DNA of 64,000 nucleotides, taken from Octopus bimaculoides. Its lineage: Eukaryota. A program made the translations under genes and the position numbers. The stretch covers positions 29,646,902-29,710,901 of the forward strand of contig NC_068991.1 of assembly GCF_001194135.2 (NCBI RefSeq). The letters run 5' to 3'. The first letter of the stretch is position 1; each line of letters opens with the position of its first letter. Below are positions 24,097 to 36,639 of the stretch, one piece after another. The notes below the pieces were generated by a model. That model did no database searches, was not told the origin of the DNA, and worked only from the letters and a program-made list of their open reading frames with translations.

Positions 24097-24237
24097 ATAA
24101 GAGTTTGATTCGGTCCCATGCAACTTAATGCTTTTGGGGTTTGACAAACGGATCCATCTCGCTTACCTAATTCTGATGAGGTATGTTCGCTTGACGCCTA
24201 CGAAACTTACTTGCATGGAACCGAATCAAACTGTTAT
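24097..24237. repeat. Short fold-back: 22-27 bp inverted repeat enclosing a degenerate HHR core
   Basis: agtttgattcggtcccatgcaa (24102-24123) vs ttgcatggaaccgaatcaaact (24211-24232), one mismatch; CTGATGA at 24173 and GAAA at 24202 inside. Confidence 0.8.
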
Positions 24238-24871
24238 TATGTGTATAAATATATAAAGCACATATGCATACACATATACCAATATGTATCGTAATTTTAA
24301 AGTAAAATTTCCAGTACACATTAAAAATTATACATCATCGTTACATTGCCAGCCAGAGAGAAATATTAAGTCGTAATGAATGAATTTGGTATTTCGTCAA
24401 ATCTATAGTCAGGATTCATCAGACAGTCCTTGACCACAAAAAAAACTTTAAGGACCACTTCTTCATGAGTAATGTAACTGTAAAATGTCGAGTATGCGCT
24501 GAGGCACAGTATAGTTTTAACTAGAATACAGATACAGTATACTGGAAGTTAACTGCGACAACAAATTACAATTATACATTTAATGAATATCACTTTAGGC
24601 TCACTGTGAGAATAGATCACTTGGTTAATCCACATAATGTTTCTCAGTAGTCAAATAGATCCAATTAGATTTATTGATTAGCTTTAGCTCTTTTTTTTTT
24701 TTTTTCTTGATTCGTTGCCTTACATCTCGCAAGATAATTGTGACCTTATCAACGTCACGAACTGCAGTGAACTATGAGAAACTCTTTCTTCGTAATTTTA
24801 CGTCCTTCCCTAAACACGCACTCGCACGTGCGCACAGTTTTCGTAGTAGTGTCCTTTTATATCAAATTTGA

Positions 24872-25190
24872 TCATTGGTTCTCAAACAGGGTCCATATTA
24901 GATTTTTGCGGGGTCCACACAACAAAATAGTAAATCCACAATAGTATTTTAAGGGCTCCTAAAAAGGTTTTGCATTAGATGTCTGGTATATATTGCACGA
25001 AACAGCCAGGTCTTTCGTACGTTTTATATAGTTCAACTTACGCAAATGAATGTGTGAAAAGCAAAATAAGAATTTTGAAAGACGTTTCTATAAAACTAGT
25101 TTTTAAATATCGAATGGCTATGGGGGTCGACTACAATAAAATAGTAATTAAAGGGGACCAAAGATAAAAAAAAGCAAAAATGCCTGCGAA
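24872..25190. mobile_element. Probable non-autonomous hAT-like DNA element
   Basis: Begins cattggttctcaaacagggtcc (similar to CAGTGGTTCTCAAAC hAT ends) with ggggtcc-like subterminal motifs at both sides; right TIR degenerate. Confidence 0.4.
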
Positions 25191-25706
25191 ACCGTGCTTT
25201 AGATGATGTTAGCTCTTTTGTGTCCATAATCCTGCTGCAATATATTTTCTATGAACTTATACTAAAATAACTCAATAATTTGATATTATTAATTTGATAT
25301 TTGAAACGTAAATTACCACTGTATTGCGATATAGAATTATAATGAAGTGTAAATTTATATATAAACACATTAAATTGGATAGTGCCGTGTCAAAGAACTA
25401 GCGGGTTTGTATCAAAAGTGTTGTAAACGCGAACAAATCGGGTTAACTACTTTTGTGTGACATAGGCGAGGCATAAACGATGTAGCAGAGTGTGTATAAT
25501 TAACATGAAGCGCAAACATGTCGTTATAAATGTTATTAATTCGAGTTAACTTTACCAGAAATAAGGAATGCTACTGAGAGTTTCTTAGTCACTGAATCTC
25601 TGCGTTTCTGTATTTGCAAACAATATTTGCAAACAAATATATTGTTGCAACGGCAGCCAGTACAAACAGTGAACCTTATGTATGCAACATCTATCTATCT
25701 ATCTAA

Positions 25707-25746
<40 letters not shown>

Positions 25747-25753
25747 TTTAGAC

Positions 25754-25797
<44 letters not shown>

Positions 25798-27028
25798 NNN
25801 NNNNNNNNNNNNNNNNNNNNNNNNNNNNNNNNNNNNNNNNNNNNNNNNNNNNNNNNNNNNNNNNNNNNNNNNNNNNNNNNNNNNNNNNNNNNNNNNNNNN
25901 NNNNNNNNNNNNNNNNNNNNNNNNNNNNNNNNNNNNNNNNNNNNNNNNNNNNNNNNNNNNNNNNNNNNNNNNNNNNNNNNNNNNNNNNNNNNNNNNNNNN
26001 NNNNNNNNNNNNNNNNNNNNNNNNNNNNNNNNNNNNNNNNNNNNNNNNNNNNNNNNNNNNNNNNNNNNNNNNNNNNNNNNNNNNNNNNNNNNNNNNNNNN
26101 NNNNNNNNNNNNNNNNNNNNNNNNNNNNNNNNNNNNNNNNNNNNNNNNNNNNNNNNNNNNNNNNNNNNNNNNNNNNNNNNNNNNNNNNNNNNNNNNNNNN
26201 NNNNNNNNNNNNNNNNNNNNNNNNNNNNNNNNNNNNNNNNNNNNNNNNNNNNNNNNNNNNNNNNNNNNNNNNNNCTCTCTCTCTCTCTCTCTCTCTGTCT
26301 GTCTCTCTCTCCCTATGTCACTATCTATGTACATTGATTCGCAAGGATGACTTATTACCGTAAATGTTTGTTTAAAACTAAACATTCACATAATAAATGC
26401 CGAAACCTTCCTAGTGGAGGAACACTAAAGATTAATGCGAAAAGCCCCGATGTCTAAACGGTGGCGCCGATGTGGTTCAATAATATGAATAAATAACTAA
26501 AAGAAAAAAATATAAATGGGGACACAAAGACCAAAGAAAAAAAGTATATATATATAGCAACATCAACAACAACAACAATTAACAAGAAAAGCAACTACAA
26601 CAACAACAGCAACGACGTCAATGACACGAACAATAATGATAAAGAAAAAAGAAAACTAACGTAAGCAGCCGCAACAAAAACAACAGCGATGACTTAAACA
26701 ACAACGAAATAAACAATTTGTGCACAACAACAATAACAATAAAACATTATCAATAAGAACAGCATTGACAAAGAAATAAAAAAAAAACGAAATAAAAACA
26801 CTACAGCAATAATCAAAAAAAAAAAAAACAGATGCCACCGTTGATTTGTGTTTAAGATGTAAACTGTGAAAGTTTGTCTGTGAGAAGCACTGCAATAGAA
26901 AGGCAGACATGAGTTGTCTAAGAAATTGGTCAACGGTCACATATCGAAATGGTTTCATTTGATACTGGTGTATATATATAGGTATACATATACATATATA
27001 CATCTATATACATATATATATATATACA

Positions 27029-27136
<108 letters not shown>

Positions 27137-27216
27137 GAGAAAGAGAGAAGAGGAAAGACGAACAGGCAGAAACAGTCATGCAGACAAACAGATAGATAGA
27201 TAGATACGTATGCATA

Positions 27217-27640
27217 CAGGGTGTTTCAAAATATGTGCATACACATTGAATAATTATATATTAAGTTTAAATCAAAGCGCTGATACATTTCATTTTCAAT
27301 ATTTAATTGAAAATATACAGAGAGTTTCTTTTTTCTTCTTTTCAATACCTGTTTTCAAATTAACGATCATTCTGGACCAAACACTGTTGATAACTCAAAG
27401 CAATGGAATCGCAACATCATTTCGGTATTTCTGCGCTTTCTCATCCAATGGCTACCCTCAATTCATCGAGTGTTCCCGGTTTTGCACCGTGCACTTCATT
27501 TTTTAAGTGTCCCTATAAAAAATCTAATAGTGTGAGGTCCAATGCACAACTCAGGTGGATATGGGGGCGTTTACCGTTGCAGTACGTCGCCGCGTCCCTT
27601 ATTTGTCGGTAATTGTTCGGATCATCTCGAGCAGAGTGCG
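27217..27640 (-). mobile_element. Tc1/mariner transposase C-terminal fragment with terminal repeat
   Basis: Minus strand LDLTLLDF..GHLKNEVHGAKPGTLDELRVAI..CDSIALSYQQCL.QN (SPDLTPLDFFLWG-like); end reads TA|CAGGGTGTTTCAAA. Confidence 0.75.
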
Positions 27641-28074
27641 CTGGTCAGTCCCCATCTCTGCGACATACTTCCTCATCCGCTTTCACCATGAGGAATGTGG
27701 CCGGCCAACACGAGCTATCACTCCAGCCAGATCCTCATAAAAGAGAATACGATAGGCATGATCCTACTCGGAAAATCGAATAACATGGCAAAATAGACTG
27801 AGTTGACTCTCCTCAATCATACAAGTAACAGGACGCATCCTAGTTTTTCTGTAGAGTTGGTTACGAAATCGGACCAATGGTAACTAATAATTCTTTGAAG
27901 TGTCGTGGTAACAAAAGAAGAACTGGTACTAGAAACATATTGTCAGAGGTCAAGAAAATCGGTGTGGTAAGCGAGTCGTGAGACAGGGATTTGAAAATCA
28001 ACACTTCCAGTTCATTTTGAAGCTGTCATTGGAAAATATATATTGGTCCAAAGAATACGGAGCCTATTCTTTTC

Positions 28075-28206
28075 TACTCTTGGCACAAGGTCCGAAGTGT
28101 TTTGGGGAGCGGGCCAGTCGATTAGATCGACCCCAGTACGCAACTGGTACGTAATTTATCTACCTCGACAGGATGAAAAGCAAAGTCGACTTCGGGGTAA
28201 TTTGAA
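28075..28206 (-). mobile_element. 5'-truncated SINE family B with 16-bp target-site duplication
   Basis: Flanked by atacggagcctattct (28055-28070) and acacggaccctattct (28207-28222). Confidence 0.8.
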
Positions 28207-28404
28207 ACACGGACCCTATTCTACTGAACCTCTTCGTCTAATCTGCTTGTTTGGAAAAATCTCTATAAGGCAGTGTGATTACGATTATTATGATAGTGTT
28301 AAGGTGACCCATCTTGCTAGAAATAGAACTTCTCATCTTCAAAGTCCTCTTAAATAATTGACACGACAAATTATCACAGTAAGTTGAAGTAAATGGGACC
28401 AGTC
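28075..28404 (+). repeat. About 330-bp direct repeat, copy 1 (SINE fragment plus flank)
   Basis: Aligns by eye over its whole length with 32906-33229. Confidence 0.9.
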
Positions 28405-28819
28405 GAAATGCCATCAAAAAAGAAAGGTCCAGTTATTTCTTTTTAGGATAAACCACACCATAATGCAACTCCTACTGAATTAACCTTATGTATTCGCTTA
28501 ATATACGGTTTCTCAGGTCTCCTGTAAGTGCAACTGTAAAAGTTAATTGATCTAATTAATTTATATATAGTCTCATCACTCCAATCAGTATTTGTTGGAA
28601 TGTGTGCATCTTTACACATCTTGCTAAGTAACACTCACAAAGCCCCACTTCTCGATCGGATCACTTTCATGCACTACATTTGAAATGTAACTATTCCAAT
28701 TACCGATCCTCCAAACGCGATGGACGCTTGATTTTCAAATTCCTATTTCCTGTCTTTCTTCCCACACAGATATTCTGTGGCAAGGAAGTCAAGCAATGGT
28801 GAGGATAACCACAAATATA

Positions 28820-29342
28820 TATAAAGATAAATTAAATATGGAAATATTCTATTGACAATCAAATAATTTATTTAGAATATTATATTAAATACTATGAATA
28901 TAATATATAACATAACATGATATTATATAAATAATTATAAAAACCATAAAAGGCCAACAAATTGTTTCGACTTATATATATTTTTTTTCTGATATACATA
29001 ATCACAGTTCCATTATATATATAGTCACTTCAGGATATTTGGTTCAGAAAAGACGAAATTCCGTGTTTTGGGGAGGAGTGGGCCAGTCGATTAGATCGAC
29101 CTCAGTACGCAACTGGTACTTAATTTATCGACCCCGAAATGATGAAAGGCAAAGTCGACCTCGGCGGAATTTGAAACACGGAGTCGAAACAATTTTTTGG
29201 CCTTTTATGGTTTTAATTATTTATATAATATTATGTTATGTTATGCTATATATTATATTCCTAGTATTAAATGTAATATCGTAATATAAATAAATTATTT
29301 GATTGTCAATAGAATATCTCCATATTTAATTTATCTCTATAA
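28820..29342. repeat. AT-rich inverted repeat (28820-28972 vs 29182-29342) around a third SINE B fragment
   Basis: e.g. aaaccataaaaggccaacaaattgtttcgact vs agtcgaaacaattttttggccttttatggttt, and agataaattaaatatgga.atattctattgacaatc vs its reverse complement. Confidence 0.9.
29060..29177 (-). mobile_element. SINE family B fragment
   Basis: ccagtcgattagatcgacctcagtacgcaactggtacttaatttatcgaccccgaaatgatgaaaggcaaagtcgacctcggcggaatttgaa. Confidence 0.85.
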
Positions 29343-29714
29343 TTGAATTATACCAATATTTATATGGTACCCAGCTGAAGTACCAGTGAATTGGATGTTT
29401 AACACACCCCTTTGAAGGATTTCTTTTCCTCAGTTTGTTACTTTATATATATATATGCGTGCCTCCCCCCACACATATGTACAAGCATGTAGCTCGCAAG
29501 AAGTTACAGATCGTAAGAATTTACAAGGTGATACGCAAGTACTCAGCACTGAGGGCAAAGAAACAGCTGTAAGCTACTAAATTTATTACGTAATTCCTGT
29601 TCCTCTGTCATTTGAACTTGTATGCATACACATAAATACATACATGCGACGGGCTTCCGCGCAATTTCTGTCTATCAAGTTCATTCACATGGTTTTGGTC
29701 ACACAACAGCAACA

Positions 29715-29900
29715 ACAACATCGAAAAATACCTTAGGAATGAGAACCCAGGTTCGAAATTTCCCCAAGACATCTGATGAAGGCTGGAGGGTATATCAGCC
29801 GAAACGTTATGTTAACAACAAACAAGATGAGGACAAATGTCCGTCAATTGTAAATAATGTAAATAATGTACATAATTCTTCCCCTCTTAAATATAGTTAT
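29715..29900 (+). mobile_element. Short non-coding HHR-bearing repeat, probably Penelope-derived
   Basis: HHR at 29769-29812 followed by an AT-rich tail with repeated tgtaaataa; no ORF. Confidence 0.55.
29769..29812 (+). ncRNA. Minimal type I hammerhead, canonical core
   Basis: ACAT-CTGATGA-A-GGCTG-gagggtatat-CAGCC-GAAA-CG-T-T-ATGT; palindromic ACGT stem III; GUU triplet. Confidence 0.75.
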
Positions 29901-30739
29901 TTAATTTCTTTCGTCTTTTGTACTATGAGTGAATACAAGGTACTGGTTTTAGCAATCAAATTTATATTATGTGCTTGTATGCTTGAATGTATGTATGTAT
30001 GTATGTATGTATGTTTGTATTTATGTGTGTATGTATGCATGCATGCATGCGTTTATGTATGCGTGCTTTTCCTTTGAGTTTTATTAAAGTTCTTGAGAGA
30101 TTTCAAACCCTATCGCTAACAAGGCAAGAAGACTTTTTGAGTTAAGTGAGTTCTGTATATATGCATGTATGTGTGTGTGTGTGGGGGGGGGGGGGGGGTA
30201 AGTTTCTATATAAACAGACCCGCACATACAGACACACATAAATATATCTGTGTGTATTTATTTGCATATAACATAATATAACTAAATAAAAGAAAAATGG
30301 AATACATGTATTTTTTAAATAAATTATATACGGCAAATAGATTTTGATCGACGATACATTCATAATGCACTTTGAGAGATAATTATACCTGTCTGTCTGT
30401 CTGTCTGTCTCGTATATTTTTCTGTATGTATGTCTTTTTGCCTGTCAGCTTGTCTGTCTGCTTGTCTGTCTGTCTACCCATCTGTTTATGTACCATAAAC
30501 GTATACATCTAAATGGACAAACACACTAACACACGCAAGACACACACATATATACATATAAAGGAATGCAAATATGTATGTGTGCGTGTATGGGGGTTTA
30601 TATGTATGTATATAGCTATATATATATATATATACAAGCATACATGCGTGCGCGCAAACACACGCACAATATATATACACATGCACACATGTGTGTGCGT
30701 ATATGCATATTCCATGTAATGTGTACATGCGCGCACACG

Positions 30740-30806
<67 letters not shown>

Positions 30807-30873
30807 ATGTGTGTATGTATATATACACACACATACATACATGCGTACGTACGTACATACATACGTACATACA

Positions 30874-30908
<35 letters not shown>

Positions 30909-31412
30909 GTGTATAAGCATATATGCAGACACACACACACATACACATACACACACATACACATACACACATACATACTCACGTATGGTGAGAGTAATAC
31001 AGAGAGAGGGAGAGTGAGAGAGAAAATGGGGCTACAGAAAGTATGAAACGGGTAATAAAACGCGGAACTGTTATAAAAGATTGAATTATCTTTCTTGTTG
31101 CAAAAAAAAAAAAAAAGAAAATAAACAGATAAAGGAAACGAAACAACGAAACAAAGAGGTAAACTATAACGATGGGTGTCAAGATGAAATAAGAAGGAAC
31201 TAACGAATATGTTGGAGAGAATCTAAGAAATAAAGAAATGAAATGTGTGATATTGCAAGAACAGATTGGTGAGAAGGGAAGTAATAGAAAAAGTTGATTA
31301 TCGGTAAAACTATGAAATAAAAACTTTCACCGAGTGAATAATAACTTTTGGAGAATAATTACAGCATAATGGATTTTGTTCTACTTAGAGTTTATAGATA
31401 CGTTATATGACA

Positions 31413-31457
<45 letters not shown>

Positions 31458-31559
31458 TTAAGAGTAAGAGGGACAAAGATAAATGGGAGAATATGATGAA
31501 GGAGTGGTAGGTAGGTAAGGAGCTGGATATGTTGATATGCGCGTATACATACATACATA

Positions 31560-31700
31560 TCTTTTGTCTTTCATCATTTACTTGTTTTAGTCATAAGACT
31601 GCGGCTATGCTGGGGCACCGTATTGAAGAATTTTCAGTTAAATGATTCAACCCCAGTACTTGTTTTTTAAAAGCCTAGTACTTATTCTATCGATTTCTTT
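31560..31700 (-). mobile_element. SINE family A, 3' half
   Basis: ttacttgttttagtcat..gactgcggctatgctggggcacc...agcctagtacttattctatcg is the reverse complement of the family A tail. Confidence 0.7.
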
Positions 31701-31989
31701 TGCTGCACACCGCTAAACACACTAGCTCTGGTGGTCAAGTGATGATGGCGGACGCACATACACAACACATGCACGCCCCCACACACAAATATGCGCAAAC
31801 CAGCACGCACTCACACATACAAACATACACATACACACACACAAACATCTATATATACTCATACAGGAGCCTCAACTCCTTGATGTAGCCGTAGTAATGT
31901 CGTTGTATCTTATGGCGTGTTTTGGCCCGTTTTTGGACCTGGTTGTGTTCATCTTATCTCACTCAACCGATTTCTTCGACATGGCTCGT

Positions 31990-33480
31990 TAAAAAATCAG
32001 TCCCCCGCACCATAAGCCTATGCATCAATGGTCAGTCTATCCCTCTTGTCCCACACAAAGAATACTACAAGTACCTAGGTATTGATGGAAACAAATAATA
32101 CAAAGGTAGTGAGAATAAAAATAAAGTGACCCAAGAATATTATACCAGACTTAGAAAAACATGGTAACTGGAACTCTCCTCTTACAACAAGACAATATCC
32201 CATTTACATTTGCAGTTGTAGCGCTGATTCAAACATTTGGGATATTTGACTGCTTTTGTAATGGAAGTCCACTCGATAAAAGTTAAAACCCGCAAGAAGC
32301 TGACATCAACTGGAAGTTTCCACAGGATTCGACAGACTCTACTTAAGAAGACATGAAGGCGGTAAAGGCTTGAAATCAGTGCAGACAGCCTTTTAATGTT
32401 ACATAATTTCTTTCAGACAGCATTTGCTAAACAACAGCAGCAAAGTAAATACATTAACTTAGTACTGAAAGTGAAGAGAGCAATATCCTACGTGTCAGCA
32501 GTGAGCTCCTCGGGAAGACTCTCTTCCTGATGAAACTCTCATACAACTACCCCCCCCCTCCCACACACAAAAGAATCAGGACTAACATATCTCAAAGAAG
32601 ACTTGGATGTGAAATGCTCGGTATACCACCCGCCAACAAAAAAAAAAAAAGATGACAGTAATATGGACATGAAGCGCACATCACACTTCGATTGCAAACT
32701 CCTGTTTGTAATCGTGACAGCTATATCACGTAGCACTTTCCTAATGAATAAAAGGAACAGCGAAGCCCCTGGATCTCCAAGATGCAGCCAAAAATGTAAT
32801 GGTCATATTTTTGTGGGAGACATAATACCTGTGTTTAGCAACTGCCCACAAATGTCATCAACATCTTACCATCCTACGTGACATGACACTATCTCAAAGA
32901 CAATATACTCTTGGGACAAGGCCCGAAGTGTTTTGGGGAGCAGGCCAGTCGATTAGATCGACCTCAGTACGCAACTGGTACTTAATCTATCTACCTCGAC
33001 AGGGTGAAAAGCAAAGTCGACTTCGGCGTAATTTGAAATACGGAGCCTATTCTACTGAACCTCTTCGTCTAATCTGCTTGTTTGGCAAAATCTCCTGAAG
33101 GCAGTGTGATTACGATTATTATGATAGTGTTAAGGTGACCCATCTTGCTGGAAATAGAACTTTTCAAAGTTTTCTTAAATACTTGACACGACAAATTATG
33201 ACAGTAAGTTGAAGTAAATGGGACCAGTCAAGAAAGACTATCCTGGAACAAATATAGTGAGTCCCCCTATTATTGAATACATGCATAAATATCAACACAA
33301 GGAACATTCCCGTCAAAAAATGCGTCAAGTTTAAATATAACACGCCAAATATTGTCTAGGACACAAGGAAAAGTGTTTTAGTTATCAGCATTCCAACGAT
33401 GGAGCTTTGTATCTTTGATAGTTACCTGCTCCTTTCTTAGAGGAAGACTTTAAACAATTGAAAACTAAAGAGAACATACG
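31990..33480 (+). mobile_element. Decayed R4/Dong-like (RLE-type) LINE, RT C-terminus to endonuclease
   Basis: YYKYLGID..EYYTRLRK, KTRKKLTSTGSFHR..LRRHEGGKGLKSV, a zinc-finger-like SNCPQMSSTSYHP segment and KYNTPNIV (HNRPDIV-like); interrupted at 32906-33229. Confidence 0.65.
32906..33229 (+). repeat. About 330-bp direct repeat, copy 2, lying within the R4-like LINE remnant
   Basis: Same SINE truncation point and the same flank ctactgaacctcttcgtctaatctgcttgtttgg...gttgaagtaaatgggaccagtc. Confidence 0.9.
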
Positions 33481-33519
33481 TATATACGTACATACGTACG
33501 TACATACATACATGGTGAT

Positions 33520-33660
33520 ATTGGCAGTATCTATCTCAGAAGTGAAGCAATCGGAAGACCTTTAAGATCAGCACAGACAGCATTTGGGTGCTGTATGTTA
33601 GCAGTCAGGCAGCGTCTGTTAAACAACCGCAGCAAAAATTATATACATCAACTAGATACT
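33520..33660 (+). mobile_element. Second R4-like LINE fragment
   Basis: YLRSEAIGRPLRSAQTAF..RQRLLNNRSK resembles the 32340-32450 segment. Confidence 0.4.
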
Positions 33661-34049
33661 CGAAAGTAAATAAAACACATTCAACATGCCGGTAATGAAG
33701 TCCCCGGGAAGTACTCACTTTCGTGTGTCCCCAAGATTGTAGAACTCTCAATAAAACCTGCAACGGAAATACTCTGCTTGCCAATATGTGGATATATTCT
33801 GCGTAAGTATTAAGATGGCATTAACAGAAAATGTAACTTCTCTTGGAGCCATGACTGTCACATCACATTACTTTGAGTTTTACAATACAACAGCAGGGGT
33901 TAGCTTCGAAATATCTAACGAAAAAAAAAAAGACAGTAAGCTGACAGATTTAAATGACATGTCTTGTTATGCAAATTTTATTATGCTGTTATAAGAAGAA
34001 ATAAATTACGTGATTCTTCTGACTACGAAAGTCTTTTTTTGCAACATTC

Positions 34050-34830
34050 GTAACCAGTCGAGATCAGTTGCATTTTACATCTCTTTCTCTTACACCAACT
34101 TGTAATCATGATGCCACGCGTAAGGTACATGTACATATCGGACGAAGATGGCGCAAGGCCGGTTGACACCTTCAAGGGGCATCAAACCGATTACCTGCAA
34201 CTGGCTAACTGGCAGGCACTTGATATTAAAAGGAGTACTGTCCAATTTATATTAGCGACCTGCCTATGGGAGGCACGACAAGTTGCCCAGAGGAGGTGCC
34301 CACCACGTTAAGGTTGATGATGAAATGCGAGCCAGGCTTCAGCTGATTATTGATGCCAACCCACTCGAAACCCTTCAACAGATGAGGAGGAACTTAGAAA
34401 CAGCATTGCTCGGAAGGACGCCTGTTTTCGTGTCTGTAATCTCACGGGATCTGGATGTGATGTTGATAACTATGAAGTTGGCCGAAGAGGTCCCAGATGC
34501 AAGGACTCTGGAAAAGCATTATGAGTACGTTCATTGGTTCATGGAAGAGGGAATCGTCGGCCATTGCGTATTTAGTGATGAATGTGGGTGCATTTGGACG
34601 AGGCGGTCTTTTTGACGAGCCCCTCGAGCTGTTCCTGTTCGCCGAGTTGTCAACCGTCAGTGTGGGGAAAAGCTGCAACGTTACTTTCGCGGCGTCAGGA
34701 GCATATATCATACAATAGGTTGCAAGGCGTAACATTGACGCTATCACTCGAGAAAATTGTGTTCGTTGGGATAGACACACCCAGACCTACCTCCCGAGAT
34801 GACTCGACCGCTAGGAAATAGACGACTAAA
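34050..34830 (+). mobile_element. IS630/Tc1-like transposase pseudogene
   Basis: Frameshifted HTH region (IKRSTVQFIL; RGGAHHVKVDDEM..IIDANPLETLQQM) and the first catalytic Asp motif CVFSDECG.IWTRR. Confidence 0.75.
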
Positions 34831-35214
34831 TCCTTTCAAACGAACTCTCCTTATCAAGACTGAAAATTAATAATTATCTTAGTGTAAATAGTACCCTTTC
34901 CCCGATGAAAGAAAAAATGCAAAATCAAAGAAATATGTACTTTTCTCAACAAGACATACGCAAAGGAAGAACACGTCACAGCATAATGTATTCAAAAATC
35001 AAAGAAAAGGAGCATTTGTTGCAATTTGTGAGTGTCTTTAAAAAGATTGAAAAGGCTGGCATGCAATTTCATGAAGTCTTTAACATTAAATACATATACC
35101 GATGCAAAAATAAAAGAATGGGCACGATAGAGTGGTTAAAGCATAAACAATGGATGAAAACACATGCTTATGATAACAATGATTATGTGATAAAACCAAA
35201 ACAGCTATCGCCCT

Positions 35215-35476
35215 AATTTGATTGCTCGAAGTTTCAAATAGATTGCTCCGAAACGAATTTGAATGCTCGAAAAGACGCTTCCTCGCATTCCGATTAATTT
35301 GAATGCTCTCGACGGGCATTTTAATTTGAATGATGTAAATGCTAAATTCTTTGACCGAAGTGCGAAATTGAATGATTGAAAAACGAATTTGAATGACTAA
35401 CTTCATGGCGCTAATTTTTTTCGCGACTTTGAATGACCCGATTATCAAATTTAATGACCAACGTACGAAAATGACC
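35215..35476. repeat. Dispersed array of about 10 AATTTGAATGNN motifs with unique spacers
   Basis: Copies near 35215, 35236, 35256, 35296, 35323, 35365, 35386, 35426, 35448 and 35468. Confidence 0.8.
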
Positions 35477-36036
35477 GCAAAAGCCACGTTTAAATAGAAG
35501 AATATCCTCCCCTCCTACTATTCTCTAAAAGAAAACACCCCTAACGCTAACACCACCACCCCTTATAATAAGTGTAGCTCTTTATAAAATCCGTCAACCT
35601 TGAATTCCACCACATCAGCATAAGAAATGTAAACTTATCAGGTAGAAATTACCCCGAAGAAGGAAGCGGTGGTATGAATTAATGGACCTTAAAATCTATC
35701 GTATCTTTGGAGCACTATGACCTCAGAAACGGCTGTCGAACCTTAAGGACTTATGACCTTTCATATGTATTTATAACATTCTACACTGATTTTATACTCC
35801 ACCCATTTTATTTATATATTTTTAATATCGTTTTTATTGTAAGTAGTACTATATATTTGTATAATCTTAATATATTCTTAGTGTATTTCTATTGATATAT
35901 TTATATATTTTAATGTATCTTTAATGTATTTATATATCTATATATATTGTATGATTTTGGACACAATTTTTGATAACGGAATATATTTTATTAAATGCTT
36001 ATTGGTAACCAGTCTTTTGTTTCTCATCATTATTTT

Positions 36037-36072
<36 letters not shown>

Positions 36073-36507
36073 NNNNNNNNNNNNNNNNNNNNNNNNNNNN
36101 NNNNNNNNNNNNNNNNNNNNNNNNNNNNNNNNNNNNNNNNNNNNNNNNNNNNNNNNNNNNNNNNNNNNNNNNNNNNNNNNNNNNNNNNNNNNNNNNNNNN
36201 NNNNNNNNNNNNNNNNNNNNNNNNNNNNNNNNNNNNNNNNNNNNNNNNNNNNNNNNNNNNNNNNNNNNNNNNNNNNNNNNNNNNNNNNNNNNNNNNNNNN
36301 NNNNNNNNNNNNNNNNNNNNNNNNNNNNNNNNNNNNNNNNNNNNNNNNNNNNNNNNNNNNNNNNNNNNNNNNNNNNAAATTAGGAATATATTTTGAATGT
36401 TATTTGATATACATTTATTTAACTTTGTTGATAACATACATGTCACTGACCACTTTAAGTTATTTCTCTTCTCTCATTTTCGTTTCTTTTATACATACAT
36501 AGATACA

Positions 36508-36541
<34 letters not shown>

Positions 36542-36607
36542 CGTACATACATACATATATACATACATATATACATACATACGTGTGTGCGTGCGTACGT
36601 ACGTACG

Positions 36608-36639
<32 letters not shown>

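Noticed and set aside
34905-35216. 103-aa ORF MKEKMQNQRN...
   Set aside because: A-rich sequence that avoids stops by composition; no recognisable domain.
35215-35476. CRISPR-like appearance of the motif array
   Set aside because: Repeats are only 10-13 bp and degenerate, spacers are irregular, there are no cas genes, and the context is eukaryotic.
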